A DNA stretch of 64,000 nucleotides, taken from positions 785-64,784 of the forward strand of contig DVMT01000015.1 in assembly GCA_018714855.1 (NCBI GenBank), written 5' to 3'. This DNA is from Candidatus Aphodocola excrementigallinarum. Lineage in GTDB: Bacteria > Bacillota_I > Bacilli_A > RF39 > UBA660. Shown in pieces: positions 29,591 through 39,009 of the stretch. How positions within the stretch are numbered: the first letter of the stretch is position 1; each line of letters opens with the position of its first letter. The notes beneath the pieces are model-generated. The model searched no databases. It saw only the letters and a program-made list of their open reading frames with translations, and was not told the origin of the DNA. A program made the translations under genes and the position numbers.

Positions 29591-30383
29591 TTTCTTTAGC
29601 TCCTACATCATCATATCTCTTACATTTAATTTTGGTTATAATAAACATAACAAATCCTACTATAATCATAATTATTGATACAACTTGTGCCATTTTTAAA
29701 TTACCTAACATTAAACTATCGGTTCTAAGTGATTCAATAAAGAATCTTAAAACGCCATACCACATAAGGTATAATGCAGTTGTATTACCAAGTTTTGTTG
29801 ATTTTACACTTCTAAAACCAACTAATACAACAAAACCTATTATACAAAAGACAGATTCATATAAGAACGTTGGATGATAATAGTTACCTCCGATATGCAT
29901 TCCATCTATTATGAATTCTGGCAAATGAAGGCCTTCTAAGAATGATCTTGTAACAATCCCACCATGAGCCTCACCATTAAAGAAGTTTCCCCAGCGTCCT
30001 ATTCCTTGTGCTAATAGAAGTGCTGGTGCTGCTATATCAAGCATTTTAAGAATACTAACACCATATTTCTTACAATACACAACTAACGTTATTAAACCTG
30101 CTATTATACCTCCGTGAATAGCAAGTCCTCCATTCCATATTTTAATTATTTCAATTGGATATGCCGTATAATAATCCAAATTAAATAAAACGTAGTAAAT
30201 TCTAGCTCCTATAAGACCAAAAACCACACACCAAAACACTAAGTTTGTAACAAAACTAGTTGGAATGTTATATTTTTTAGCTTCCTTGTTTATGAATAAA
30301 GCTGCTAATATTATTCCTGTTAAAATAAAAATCGAATACCACGTTATACTAAGTGGCCCTATACTAAACGCTACCTGATTCAT
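29574..30383 (-). CDS. lgt: Prolipoprotein diacylglyceryl transferase
   Basis: Lgt family signature (GPLSITWYSIFILTGI...G..GARIYYV). Confidence 0.85.
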   Translation of the reverse strand: MNQVAFSIGPLSITWYSIFILTGIILAALFINKEAKKYNIPTSFVTNLVFWCVVFGLIGARIYYVLFNLDYYTAYPIEIIKIWNGGLAIHGGIIAGLITLVVYCKKYGVSILKMLDIAAPALLLAQGIGRWGNFFNGEAHGGIVTRSFLEGLHLPEFIIDGMHIGGNYYHPTFLYESVFCIIGFVVLVGFRSVKSTKLGNTTALYLMWYGVLRFFIESLRTDSLMLGNLKMAQVVSIIMIIVGFVMFIITKIKCKRYDDVGAKENEIKC

Positions 30384-30384
30384 A

Positions 30385-30828
30385 TTATCTTTTACACCTT
30401 TCTATTAATGGTTTTATAATTAAATTTGAAATTATCATGTTCATTACACTTATAAAAATCGATACTATTATAGGTGAGAAAAAACCTGTTAAATAAAAAT
30501 GTTTACCTAATATCAAATTAACTAAAAGTAATATTAACACGTTTATAACAAAGTAAAACAAACCAAGGGAAAGTCCTATTAAAGGAAGCGATATAGTAAC
30601 TAAAAATGGTTTAACCGTTTTATTAAGAACGTATATAATTACCGCTGCTAAAAAACCATAGAAAAAGTTTTCAACATATAATGATCTAAATAAATTAGAA
30701 GTTATTAGTAAAACTATAGCATAACCAAGCATATAAATAAGCCATTCTAAAAACAAGTTAAGTCTATATTCTATACCATTTTCACTACTTTTTTTACTTT
30801 TTTTATCATCAATTACTATTACTTTCAT
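30385..30828 (-). CDS. Phage holin family protein (DUF360/YvlD-like, 4 TM)
   Basis: LNKTVKPFLVTISLPLIGLSLGLFYFVINVLILLLV matches the DUF360 core. Confidence 0.55.
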   Translation of the reverse strand: MKVIVIDDKKSKKSSENGIEYRLNLFLEWLIYMLGYAIVLLITSNLFRSLYVENFFYGFLAAVIIYVLNKTVKPFLVTISLPLIGLSLGLFYFVINVLILLLVNLILGKHFYLTGFFSPIIVSIFISVMNMIISNLIIKPLIERCKR

Positions 30829-30887
30829 AGTATCACCACTATAATTATAGCATAAGGATAATATTTTATATAATTTTTTTTACAAAA

Positions 30888-31835
30888 TTAGATTTTATAA
30901 AAATTTTTAGCATTTTTATAAAGTATTTTTTCACTATCACTATATGACCAAGTATTTAAAATTCTACCAATGGATTTATCATCAATGTTACCATGATTAT
31001 CAGTATTCCAATTAAAATCTATGTCAAAAAGTAGTTTCTCTGGATTAACTAATTCTTTTAAAATATTAAGATACCCTCTTTTTAAATATTCTTCCCTTGG
31101 TGTTAAAACCTTATATGGATCCAAAGAAATATCTAAATCAGGACCTATTCCAATCATGATGTTATCACACTTATTAACTAAATTGGTGATTTCGGTATCT
31201 AAGCATGCCCCATGATTTAAGACACCTCTTAAATTATTTTCTAATAAAAACATGGCCCAATCATTAGGACTACATTTATTACGCCAGTATTTAGTTTCAA
31301 AACCATAGCCATCATTATATGCATAAACAGAAGTATGTAAGATTAAAGGAACATCATAATACCTTATTGCTTCTACTAATTCAGGTTTAACATCCTCCTT
31401 AAAAAAGCCACTACTAAAGCCATGAAATTTAAGAGCTACTGGACTAAACTTTTTTATAATATCTTCAACGTAAGAAGCCTTATCTAAAGCTCCATGAATA
31501 AGAGGTACAAATTCAATTTTTGTATTAGTTTTAGAATTTGTTATTAAATTATAATAATATTCGTTAATATTTTTATATGGATTTGATACAACTTCTTTTT
31601 TTACTATTTCACCATTTTCATTAACTAATTTATAATATCGTATTAATTTGTAATTCTCATGTTCCCAAACAAGAGAACACACCTCTTTATCATCATCTTC
31701 ATAAACTGGCCAAGGCATTGGCATTAATAGGCCAATGTCAATATTATTTTTCTTGCAAAAATCATCATATGACTCTAAGGTTGTACCACTAAAATAGTAA
31801 TCTTTACCTACGTGACTATGTGCATCTATAATCAT
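30888..31835 (-). CDS. Amidohydrolase-family (TIM-barrel metal-dependent hydrolase) protein
   Basis: N-terminal IIDAHSHVG metal-binding motif; 315 aa. Confidence 0.55.
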   Translation of the reverse strand: MIIDAHSHVGKDYYFSGTTLESYDDFCKKNNIDIGLLMPMPWPVYEDDDKEVCSLVWEHENYKLIRYYKLVNENGEIVKKEVVSNPYKNINEYYYNLITNSKTNTKIEFVPLIHGALDKASYVEDIIKKFSPVALKFHGFSSGFFKEDVKPELVEAIRYYDVPLILHTSVYAYNDGYGFETKYWRNKCSPNDWAMFLLENNLRGVLNHGACLDTEITNLVNKCDNIMIGIGPDLDISLDPYKVLTPREEYLKRGYLNILKELVNPEKLLFDIDFNWNTDNHGNIDDKSIGRILNTWSYSDSEKILYKNAKNFYKI

Positions 31836-31876
31836 GAAATAACCTCCTAAACAAAATAAGAACTTTTTTAAAGTTC

Positions 31877-32056
31877 CTATTTATCATAAACGTTTCTTAC
31901 TTCTTTTATGTTTTCGTTTTTATCTTTGCACCCCTTACAAGTAGTATTACATGAACCAACACCACCACCGCAAGCACAACTGCTGCATACTGAAGCATAA
32001 TTTTCAAATGATGATACCATGTGTTTTTTTATGGTGTTTTTATCTAACATTTTCAT
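31877..32056 (-). CDS. Six-cysteine 59-aa peptide, candidate RiPP precursor (MKMLDKNTIKKHMVSSFENYASVCSSCACGGGVGSCNTTCKGCKDKNENIKEVRNVYDK)
   Basis: Missing from the ORF track because it is under 60 aa. It has a strong RBS GGAGGTGA, and its ATG overlaps the TGA stop of the upstream radical SAM gene (ATGA). I translated it by hand. Confidence 0.6.
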   Translation of the reverse strand: MKMLDKNTIKKHMVSSFENYASVCSSCACGGGVGSCNTTCKGCKDKNENIKEVRNVYDK

Positions 32057-33396
32057 TGTCTCACCTCCTTTGTATTATTATTGATTTTTTTATTTAATTG
32101 GTAGGCCTCTTTAAGTATCCATGATAATGTTTTTTTAGTATGTATACAAAAAGGTTTATCAATCATTTTCCTATCACCAAACAAGGCTTCGGCCTGAATC
32201 GCGCAGCCACCGCCACATATAAATAATGCATTACAATTTAAGCATTTTTTATTGTTTAAAGTATTTCTTTCCTTCCAAAATTTTATTTCGTCAGAATTCA
32301 TGATTTCTTCAATAGAAAGTTCTTTAATGTTCCCGATTACATACTTATCCGTCTTTAAGTACCCATGACAAATACATATGTCTCCATTTGGCTTTATTGC
32401 TAATTGATTAGCCCCAATCGCTCCACAATCTGAAAATTTAAATTCATTATTATAAAAACTATCTATTTTCCTTATTATTCTTCCATCATATATATCACTA
32501 CTACTTAATAATTTATAAGATTTTATAAGAAAATCACAAGCTTTTTTATAATAACTTTCCCAATTAGAGTCATAACTTGTATAATGATATAAATTATAAA
32601 AAATGCTTTTTACTCCAAGTTTTTTTAACCAGTTTAATACTTCATCCTGTTTATTTAAAAGATCCTCTGAAACCGTTATGGATAACCCAAATTTAGCACT
32701 ACTTAACTCAAGATAAGGAAACTTTTTGATAACTTCATCATAAACACTTTTATTACCATGACGATAAACTCTGTTTTTATCATTAAGCTCTTTAGGACCA
32801 TCAATAGATATACCTATTTCTACTTGTTTTTCTGCTAAGAATTCTATTTTTTCTTTATCTAATAAAGTGGCATTGGTAACCATAGAAAAATCAATTGGCG
32901 AGGAAAGTTCGGTTGCCTTATTTAAAACAAGTTTTATAACTTTCCAATTAACTAACGGCTCACCACCATAAAATATGACGGAGCCTCGCATTTTATTAAG
33001 TTTTAGATAATCAGTGTATTTAATAAGTGCTTCAAGTGCGGTTTTTTCACTCATGTTAATTTCTTTATTGTTATTAAACTGACAATTTTCTATAAAACAA
33101 TATTTACAGCCCAAGTTACACGCCGAACTCATTATAAAATACATTATATTAACTTTACCAGTTACTTTTTCATATCTTTTTCTTACCAATTTTAATGCTT
33201 CATCATCCAAACTTCTTTTTGATACATAAACTCCTATTTTTTTTAACTCTTCAGCTTGTTTTTTACTAACCGAAAAATCAATAACTTTCTTATAAGTTTT
33301 ACTATCTACATAAGCGATTTCCATAACTAATGAATTATAAATTGCATATACGTTGTTTTCTATCTTAACATGATGAAAAAATCTAGAAAGTTTCAT
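32053..33396 (-). CDS. Radical SAM / SPASM-domain peptide-modifying enzyme
   Basis: CxxxCxxC cluster (SACNLGCKYC) plus C-terminal auxiliary Cys clusters (CGAIGANQ...CICHG, CLNCNALFICGGGCAIQAE). Start placed at the ATG after AGGTGA; the track ORF begins at GTG. Confidence 0.75.
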   Translation of the reverse strand: MKLSRFFHHVKIENNVYAIYNSLVMEIAYVDSKTYKKVIDFSVSKKQAEELKKIGVYVSKRSLDDEALKLVRKRYEKVTGKVNIMYFIMSSACNLGCKYCFIENCQFNNNKEINMSEKTALEALIKYTDYLKLNKMRGSVIFYGGEPLVNWKVIKLVLNKATELSSPIDFSMVTNATLLDKEKIEFLAEKQVEIGISIDGPKELNDKNRVYRHGNKSVYDEVIKKFPYLELSSAKFGLSITVSEDLLNKQDEVLNWLKKLGVKSIFYNLYHYTSYDSNWESYYKKACDFLIKSYKLLSSSDIYDGRIIRKIDSFYNNEFKFSDCGAIGANQLAIKPNGDICICHGYLKTDKYVIGNIKELSIEEIMNSDEIKFWKERNTLNNKKCLNCNALFICGGGCAIQAEALFGDRKMIDKPFCIHTKKTLSWILKEAYQLNKKINNNTKEVRQ

Positions 33397-33859
33397 CGTT
33401 ATCACCTAGTTTCGTTACCATAATTATCTTATTCTCGGTAAATCCCATTTTTTCATACAAATTAATTGCACTATTGTTTTCCTTACAAACTTTTAGTTCT
33501 ATGTATTTTGCACCTATTTCATAAGACCAATTCTTAAAAGCGTCAATAAGTTTAATTCCAACACCTAAGCGTCTATAATCCTGCTCAACGTACAAAGCAT
33601 CCAAAACACTAACCGTATCAATTTTTGCATCACCATTATTTTGAACATAACCATATATATAACCAATAATATGTTCTTTTTCTTTCGCAACTAAAAGGCA
33701 AACATCATCGTTATTATAAAAATTCTCATAAAGTGATTTAACAACACAATTTTCATTAATGTTTTCATCATATTTTTTTTCGTCAACTATTAACTTAGTT
33801 AACAATTTATTTACTTCTTTTGCATCTTCATAGGTACTTTTCGTTATCTTTAAATCCAT
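33383..33859 (-). CDS. GNAT-family N-acetyltransferase
   Basis: Acetyl-CoA-binding motif RRLGVGIKLI; 158 aa. Confidence 0.7.
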   Translation of the reverse strand: MDLKITKSTYEDAKEVNKLLTKLIVDEKKYDENINENCVVKSLYENFYNNDDVCLLVAKEKEHIIGYIYGYVQNNGDAKIDTVSVLDALYVEQDYRRLGVGIKLIDAFKNWSYEIGAKYIELKVCKENNSAINLYEKMGFTENKIIMVTKLGDNDETF

Positions 33860-33932
33860 AAGTCCCTCCTGATTTAATTATAAGAAACAAAGAAAAAATA
33901 TTTTGTCACATAAATGAATTTATTTATTTTTT

Positions 33933-34379
33933 TCATTCTGTTTCTTCAACTCCTAAAGAATAAGCAAATCTAATTAGAGTTTCTTTTTTCTTAATGTAAT
34001 AATATCCCAGTGAAAAACCTAAGTTATTAGCAATAAACCTATCATCATAGTTATTTTCCTTATCTAAATAAGTCCAATATATTATTTTTCTTTCTTCAGT
34101 TGTTAATTTATTAAACGAAAATCTAAAGTAATTAATAAATTCTATTCTTGTTTTTCTTTCTTGAGGATCTAATTTAATATAAGAATTAGTATTAGTAATA
34201 TAACTTAACTCATCAAGGGTAAAATCATCTTTTATTTTTGAAGTTGGGCCGTTATCAACCGACAAACTATAATATACGTACTTTGCGATTGTTTGCTCAA
34301 CGTTCTTCTTTGTTTTTGACCAAGAAATATTTATTGGTTGTACCATGATAACAGCTCCTTTCAAAGAATATTCTATCAT
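33933..34379 (-). CDS. ArpU-family (phage-type, sigma-70 region-4-like) transcriptional regulator
   Basis: C-terminal pattern LTTEERKIIYWTYLD...IANNLGFSLGYYYIKKKETLIRFAYSLG. Confidence 0.5.
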   Translation of the reverse strand: MIEYSLKGAVIMVQPINISWSKTKKNVEQTIAKYVYYSLSVDNGPTSKIKDDFTLDELSYITNTNSYIKLDPQERKTRIEFINYFRFSFNKLTTEERKIIYWTYLDKENNYDDRFIANNLGFSLGYYYIKKKETLIRFAYSLGVEETE

Positions 34380-34488
34380 TTTTAAAAGAATAAAAGTTAA
34401 TTAGAAAATAATGAATAAATTATAAAAAAATAAGGTAAAGATATTTTTTATCTCTACCTTATTATTAGCCGTTTTTTCTAAAATTCCC

Positions 34489-37299
34489 CTATAAAATTTG
34501 TTTTAAATACATTCCGGTGTAAGATTTTTCACATTTAGCCACTTTTTCAGGCGTTCCTTCACAAACTATAGTTCCTCCACCGTCACCGCCTTCTGGCCCT
34601 AAGTCTATTATGTGATCTGCTACTTTTATAACATCTAAGTTATGCTCTATTACGATTACCGTATCACCATTATCAACGATTCTATTTAATATAACAAGAA
34701 GTTTTTTAATATCATCACTATGAAGTCCGGTTGTTGGTTCATCTAGGATAAACACACTTTTACCGGTTGGTTTTTTCTGAAGTTCTTTAGCAAGTTTAAC
34801 ACGTGATGCTTCACCTCCAGATAATGTTGGAGCGCTTTGACCAAGTTTTATATAACCTAATCCAACGTCCATTAAAACTTGTAATTTCCTTTTAATCTTA
34901 GGATGGTTTTCGAAGAATTCTAGTGCTTCTTCAACGCGCATTTGTAAAACGTCATATATTGTTTTTCCTTTATATTTAACTTCTAAAGTTTCCTTATTAA
35001 AACGCGTGCCCCCGCAAACCTCACAAGGAACGTATACGTCTGGTAAAAAGTTCATCGAAATCTTCTTAACGCCATCACCCCAGCACGCTTCACAGCGGCC
35101 TCCTTTAACGTTAAACGAAAATCTTCCTTTATCATAACCCCTTATCTTCGCTTCCTTAGTATTTGCAAAAACGTCTCTTATATCATCAAACACACCAACG
35201 TAAGTTGCAGGATTACTACGAGGCGTTCTACCAATTGGATCTTGAGTTATATCAATTACTTTATCGACGTTTTCTAATCCTTTAATACTTTTATGTTTAC
35301 CCGGAACCACTCTTGATCCATAAACGTTTAATGCAAGTGCTTTATATAAAATTTGATTAATCAAACTTGATTTACCTGATCCTGATACACCAGTTACACA
35401 TATAAACTTTCCAAGTGGAAACTTAACGTTCATGTTCTTTAAGTTATTTTCTTTAGCACCTTTTATTTCTATATACTTACCGTTTCCTTTTCTTCTTTTT
35501 TTAGGGACTTCTATTTTCTTTCTTCCAGATAGGTAATCGCCTGTTAAACTGTTTTTGTTTTTCATAACCTCTTCTGGCGTTCCACAAGCGACTATTTCTC
35601 CACCGTGATCTCCTGCACCAGGACCTACGTCTACTAGGTAATCAGCTTGAAGCATCGTATCAGTATCATGCTCTACAACTATTAAAGTATTACCTAAATC
35701 CCTCATCTTTAATAAAGAATCAATAAGTCTTTGATTATCTCTTTGGTGAAGTCCAATACTTGGTTCATCAAGTACGTATAAAACTCCTGTTAACTGTGAT
35801 CCAATTTGGGTTGCAAGTCTTATTCTTTGTGCTTCGCCACCAGAAAGCGTTCCAGCACTTCTTGATAAGGTTAAGTAACCAAGTCCTACGTTATGTAAAA
35901 ACTCTAACCTTGATTTTATTTCTTTAATTAATAATCTTGCAATTTCTTCTTTTTCCTTGCTTAACTTTAATTTATCAAAGAAATCATATAATTTATCAAT
36001 GTTCATATCGGTTAAATCAATTATGTTTTTCTTGTTTATTAAAACTGATAAAACACTTTCTTTTAATCTTTTACCATGACAAGTTGGACAAGTAAGTTCT
36101 ACCATGTACTTACCAAGCCATTCTCTTATAAACTCACTATTAGTCTCAAAGTAACGTCTTTCTAAGTTGTTTAATACGCCCTCATATGGTTCATATGAAT
36201 CAACAGAGTTTCCACTTCTTGTTGAAAACTTAAACTCAATAGGCTCTTTGGTACCATTAAGAACTATATCAAGCTCTTTTTTTGTTAGATCCTTGATTTT
36301 CTTATCCATGTCAATGCCATATTTATCACAAACTATTTCAAGTTTTTTAATATATATATTGTACTCATCCATGCCTGCATAAGGCTCTATTCCGCCGCGT
36401 CTTAACGTTTTGTTTTTATCAGGAATGATTAAGTCCGCACTCATCTTTTGCTTAAATCCTAATCCCTTACAATCTGGACATGATCCGTATGGAGCGTTAA
36501 ACGAAAACATTCTAGGTTCTAATTCTTCTAGTGAAAAATCACAGTGAGGACAAGCAAAGGACTCACTCATAACGATTTCATCACGTCCAGGTATTTCAAC
36601 CACTGCTTTTCCCTTAGACAACTTGCAGGCAAGCTCTAGTGCCTCATAAATTCTTCCTCTTGCTTCATCTTTTCTTTTTACCCTATCTATTATAACTAGA
36701 ATATTATGTTTTTTATTTTTTTCTAAGTTTATATCCTCGCTTAAATCTCTTACTTCATCATCTATTTTTACTCTTACATAACCATCTTTTCGTAAATTTT
36801 CAAGTAAATCTTTAAACGTGCCTTTTTGTCCATAAACAATTGGCGAAGAAATTATTAGTTTTGTTTCTTCTTCCTCATTCATTATCTGATTTGTCATCTC
36901 TTCAATAGACTGACTTGATATTGGAATATTATGATTTGGACAGTAAGGAACACCTATGCGAGCAAATAATAACCTTAAGTAATCATATATTTCAGTTACC
37001 GTTCCAACCGTAGATCTTGGGTTGTTATTAGTTGTTTTTTGATCTATTGAAATAGATGGAGAAAGGCCTTCTATCGAATCAACATCAGGCTTTGTTGTTC
37101 CACCTAAAAACTGTCTTGCGTAAGCAGATAAACTTTCTACGTATCTTCTTTGACCTTCTGCATATATTGTATCAAAAGCAAGTGATGACTTACCTGATCC
37201 AGATACACCAGTCATAACCGTTAATTTATTTTTAGGAATTTCAATATCCACGTTTTTTAAATTGTTTTCTCTAGCACCTTTTACTATAATCTTATCCAT
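34489..37299 (-). CDS. uvrA: Excinuclease ABC subunit A
   Basis: Two ABC ATPase modules with zinc fingers. Start placed at the ATG after AGAGGTG (MDKIIVKG...). Confidence 0.95.
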   Translation of the reverse strand: MDKIIVKGARENNLKNVDIEIPKNKLTVMTGVSGSGKSSLAFDTIYAEGQRRYVESLSAYARQFLGGTTKPDVDSIEGLSPSISIDQKTTNNNPRSTVGTVTEIYDYLRLLFARIGVPYCPNHNIPISSQSIEEMTNQIMNEEEETKLIISSPIVYGQKGTFKDLLENLRKDGYVRVKIDDEVRDLSEDINLEKNKKHNILVIIDRVKRKDEARGRIYEALELACKLSKGKAVVEIPGRDEIVMSESFACPHCDFSLEELEPRMFSFNAPYGSCPDCKGLGFKQKMSADLIIPDKNKTLRRGGIEPYAGMDEYNIYIKKLEIVCDKYGIDMDKKIKDLTKKELDIVLNGTKEPIEFKFSTRSGNSVDSYEPYEGVLNNLERRYFETNSEFIREWLGKYMVELTCPTCHGKRLKESVLSVLINKKNIIDLTDMNIDKLYDFFDKLKLSKEKEEIARLLIKEIKSRLEFLHNVGLGYLTLSRSAGTLSGGEAQRIRLATQIGSQLTGVLYVLDEPSIGLHQRDNQRLIDSLLKMRDLGNTLIVVEHDTDTMLQADYLVDVGPGAGDHGGEIVACGTPEEVMKNKNSLTGDYLSGRKKIEVPKKRRKGNGKYIEIKGAKENNLKNMNVKFPLGKFICVTGVSGSGKSSLINQILYKALALNVYGSRVVPGKHKSIKGLENVDKVIDITQDPIGRTPRSNPATYVGVFDDIRDVFANTKEAKIRGYDKGRFSFNVKGGRCEACWGDGVKKISMNFLPDVYVPCEVCGGTRFNKETLEVKYKGKTIYDVLQMRVEEALEFFENHPKIKRKLQVLMDVGLGYIKLGQSAPTLSGGEASRVKLAKELQKKPTGKSVFILDEPTTGLHSDDIKKLLVILNRIVDNGDTVIVIEHNLDVIKVADHIIDLGPEGGDGGGTIVCEGTPEKVAKCEKSYTGMYLKQIL

Positions 37300-37353
37300 A
37301 TACAACACCTCTAGCGACTATATTCTATCATAAAAACATAAAAATTAAAATTG

Positions 37354-38190
37354 TTATTTTATTGTATCAATGAATTTTTTATTTTCTTCCTTTTTTACAA
37401 GTTCTTTTAGTGATTTATCTGGGACTGGCATTTCTTCTGGAAGCGTTCCTCCAACTTGCTTGATAGTAGTTCTAATTGCATCACCAACTTCATAATGTGC
37501 ATCACAAGCCGGAGTTTCTCCTTTTATTTTTTCATTGTTAATCTTTTGATTAGTAAGTGATATTCTAAAAAGATTTGCCGCTAATTCATCACTACCCATG
37601 TTATCTAAAATGTCTTCTCTATATCTTAATCCTTTTCTTTTTGAGATATCATCTGCTGTTTCTCCATTATATAAACCTTTATATCCAGCATTATGAAACT
37701 TATCAAAGTTTTTAACACCAGCTTTCTTAGCCGTTTGATTTAATGCATAATTTTCTTTTCTTACCTTACTTCTTTGATAGAACCTTTTTTCATCTTCAGT
37801 TAGTTTTTCATATTCTAACTCACTTATTTCTTGCTTTCTTGTTTGAATAGCAAAATATGTTTGCCCTAGTGCAATAACTTTTTTTCTAGAATCTGCATTT
37901 TGAACTATAAGATAACATGCATATCTTGATAATTTATAATCACATATTATCTTCTTTGCTCCTTTAGGCATTTTTATCGTTTTGTCGGCGCCGACAAAAT
38001 GCTCGGAAACGTTGAATTTACTAGTATCGCACGCTTGTTTAGCTTTATTTATTACCCCTTCAAACTTCCTCCATTCTTTATATTCTAAAACCTTTTGTAA
38101 TTCTCTGGCTTCCCAATACTCAATTCCATTTTCATCAATGTGCTTTATATTTTCAAAAACACTTTCATTATAATTTGTTAGTTCGTTCAT
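37354..38190 (-). CDS. DinD-like DNA-damage-inducible protein (Bro-N/KilA-N-like N-terminal domain)
   Basis: The N-terminus (FENIKHIDENGIEYWEARELQKVLEYKEWRKF) resembles the DinD family; 278 aa. Confidence 0.5.
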   Translation of the reverse strand: MNELTNYNESVFENIKHIDENGIEYWEARELQKVLEYKEWRKFEGVINKAKQACDTSKFNVSEHFVGADKTIKMPKGAKKIICDYKLSRYACYLIVQNADSRKKVIALGQTYFAIQTRKQEISELEYEKLTEDEKRFYQRSKVRKENYALNQTAKKAGVKNFDKFHNAGYKGLYNGETADDISKRKGLRYREDILDNMGSDELAANLFRISLTNQKINNEKIKGETPACDAHYEVGDAIRTTIKQVGGTLPEEMPVPDKSLKELVKKEENKKFIDTIK

Positions 38191-38384
38191 ATAACTTTTT
38201 TCCTTTCTTATAAATATAAATTTTTACTACAATAAAAAGTTTCTTACTTTTTAAAACCGCTCCTTTCATTTATATTTGCCCGTTACATAAACTACTAACC
38301 AATACTTAAATATCCCCATACATGTGAGGTTAGGCCTTAATATCGCTATTATTATATCAAACAATTGTTCTTTTAACAATAGTC

Positions 38385-38417
38385 AAAAAAAGCTAATAAA
38401 TTAAATATTAGCTTTTT
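38385..38417. terminator. Rho-independent terminator (AAGCTAATA-aattaaa-TATTAGCTT)
   Basis: Perfect 9-bp stem flanked by A and T runs, at the 3' end of the 38416..38856 gene. Confidence 0.55.
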
Positions 38418-38856
38418 ACCAACCCATTATTTCTTTAAGTTTATAAGATGCTATTTGTTCAACATTATCTGTACACATCGCTTTAAACTTCCATGTGCCA
38501 TTAGCTTCTAAACCACTATTGTTATCCAAGCAAGTACCTAAGGTATTACCATCAGCATCATAAGTTGTAAATTCAACCTGTACATAGTCATAATCTTTAT
38601 CCATATTATTTTTTATTGACCCTTCAATATAATAAGCAAAATTATAATCATCTGGGGCAGCACTTGTTACTTCAAGCAAAGTGAATTTTTCTTGTGTTTT
38701 GTTTTTATTTGTTGTTCCATTATTATTACTGCTATTATTACTAGAAGAATCTTCATTTCCACTTGCTAATCCTATTATAATAATTACAACAAAAACAATT
38801 ATTAATATTTTAGCCCATTTTGGAAATCCTTTTTTCTTAGCACTTTTTTCTTCCAT
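38416..38856 (-). CDS. Hypothetical membrane-anchored or secreted protein with an N/S-rich linker
   Basis: Start at Met31 after the RBS AAAGGAGTAGGAAG. Signal-anchor helix ILIIVFVVIIIIGLA. Confidence 0.5.
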   Translation of the reverse strand: MEEKSAKKKGFPKWAKILIIVFVVIIIIGLASGNEDSSSNNSSNNNGTTNKNKTQEKFTLLEVTSAAPDDYNFAYYIEGSIKNNMDKDYDYVQVEFTTYDADGNTLGTCLDNNSGLEANGTWKFKAMCTDNVEQIASYKLKEIMGW

Positions 38857-39009
38857 ACTTCCTACTCCTTTCTTTATATTTACAGCATAATTATTAAGAT
38901 ACTGCGTATAATAATACAAACTGTAGCTATATTTATTATAGAACACATATCTATAGAATACAAATGCTTTTTATAAAATTATTATAGAAATATTTAAAGA
39001 AGTGGTATT

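Noticed and set aside
38191-38415. Looked for a LexA (Cheo box CGAACnnnnGTTCG-like) operator upstream of the DinD-like gene
   Set aside because: There is no GAAC-N4-GTTC-type motif in the promoter region. SOS regulation therefore remains unsupported.
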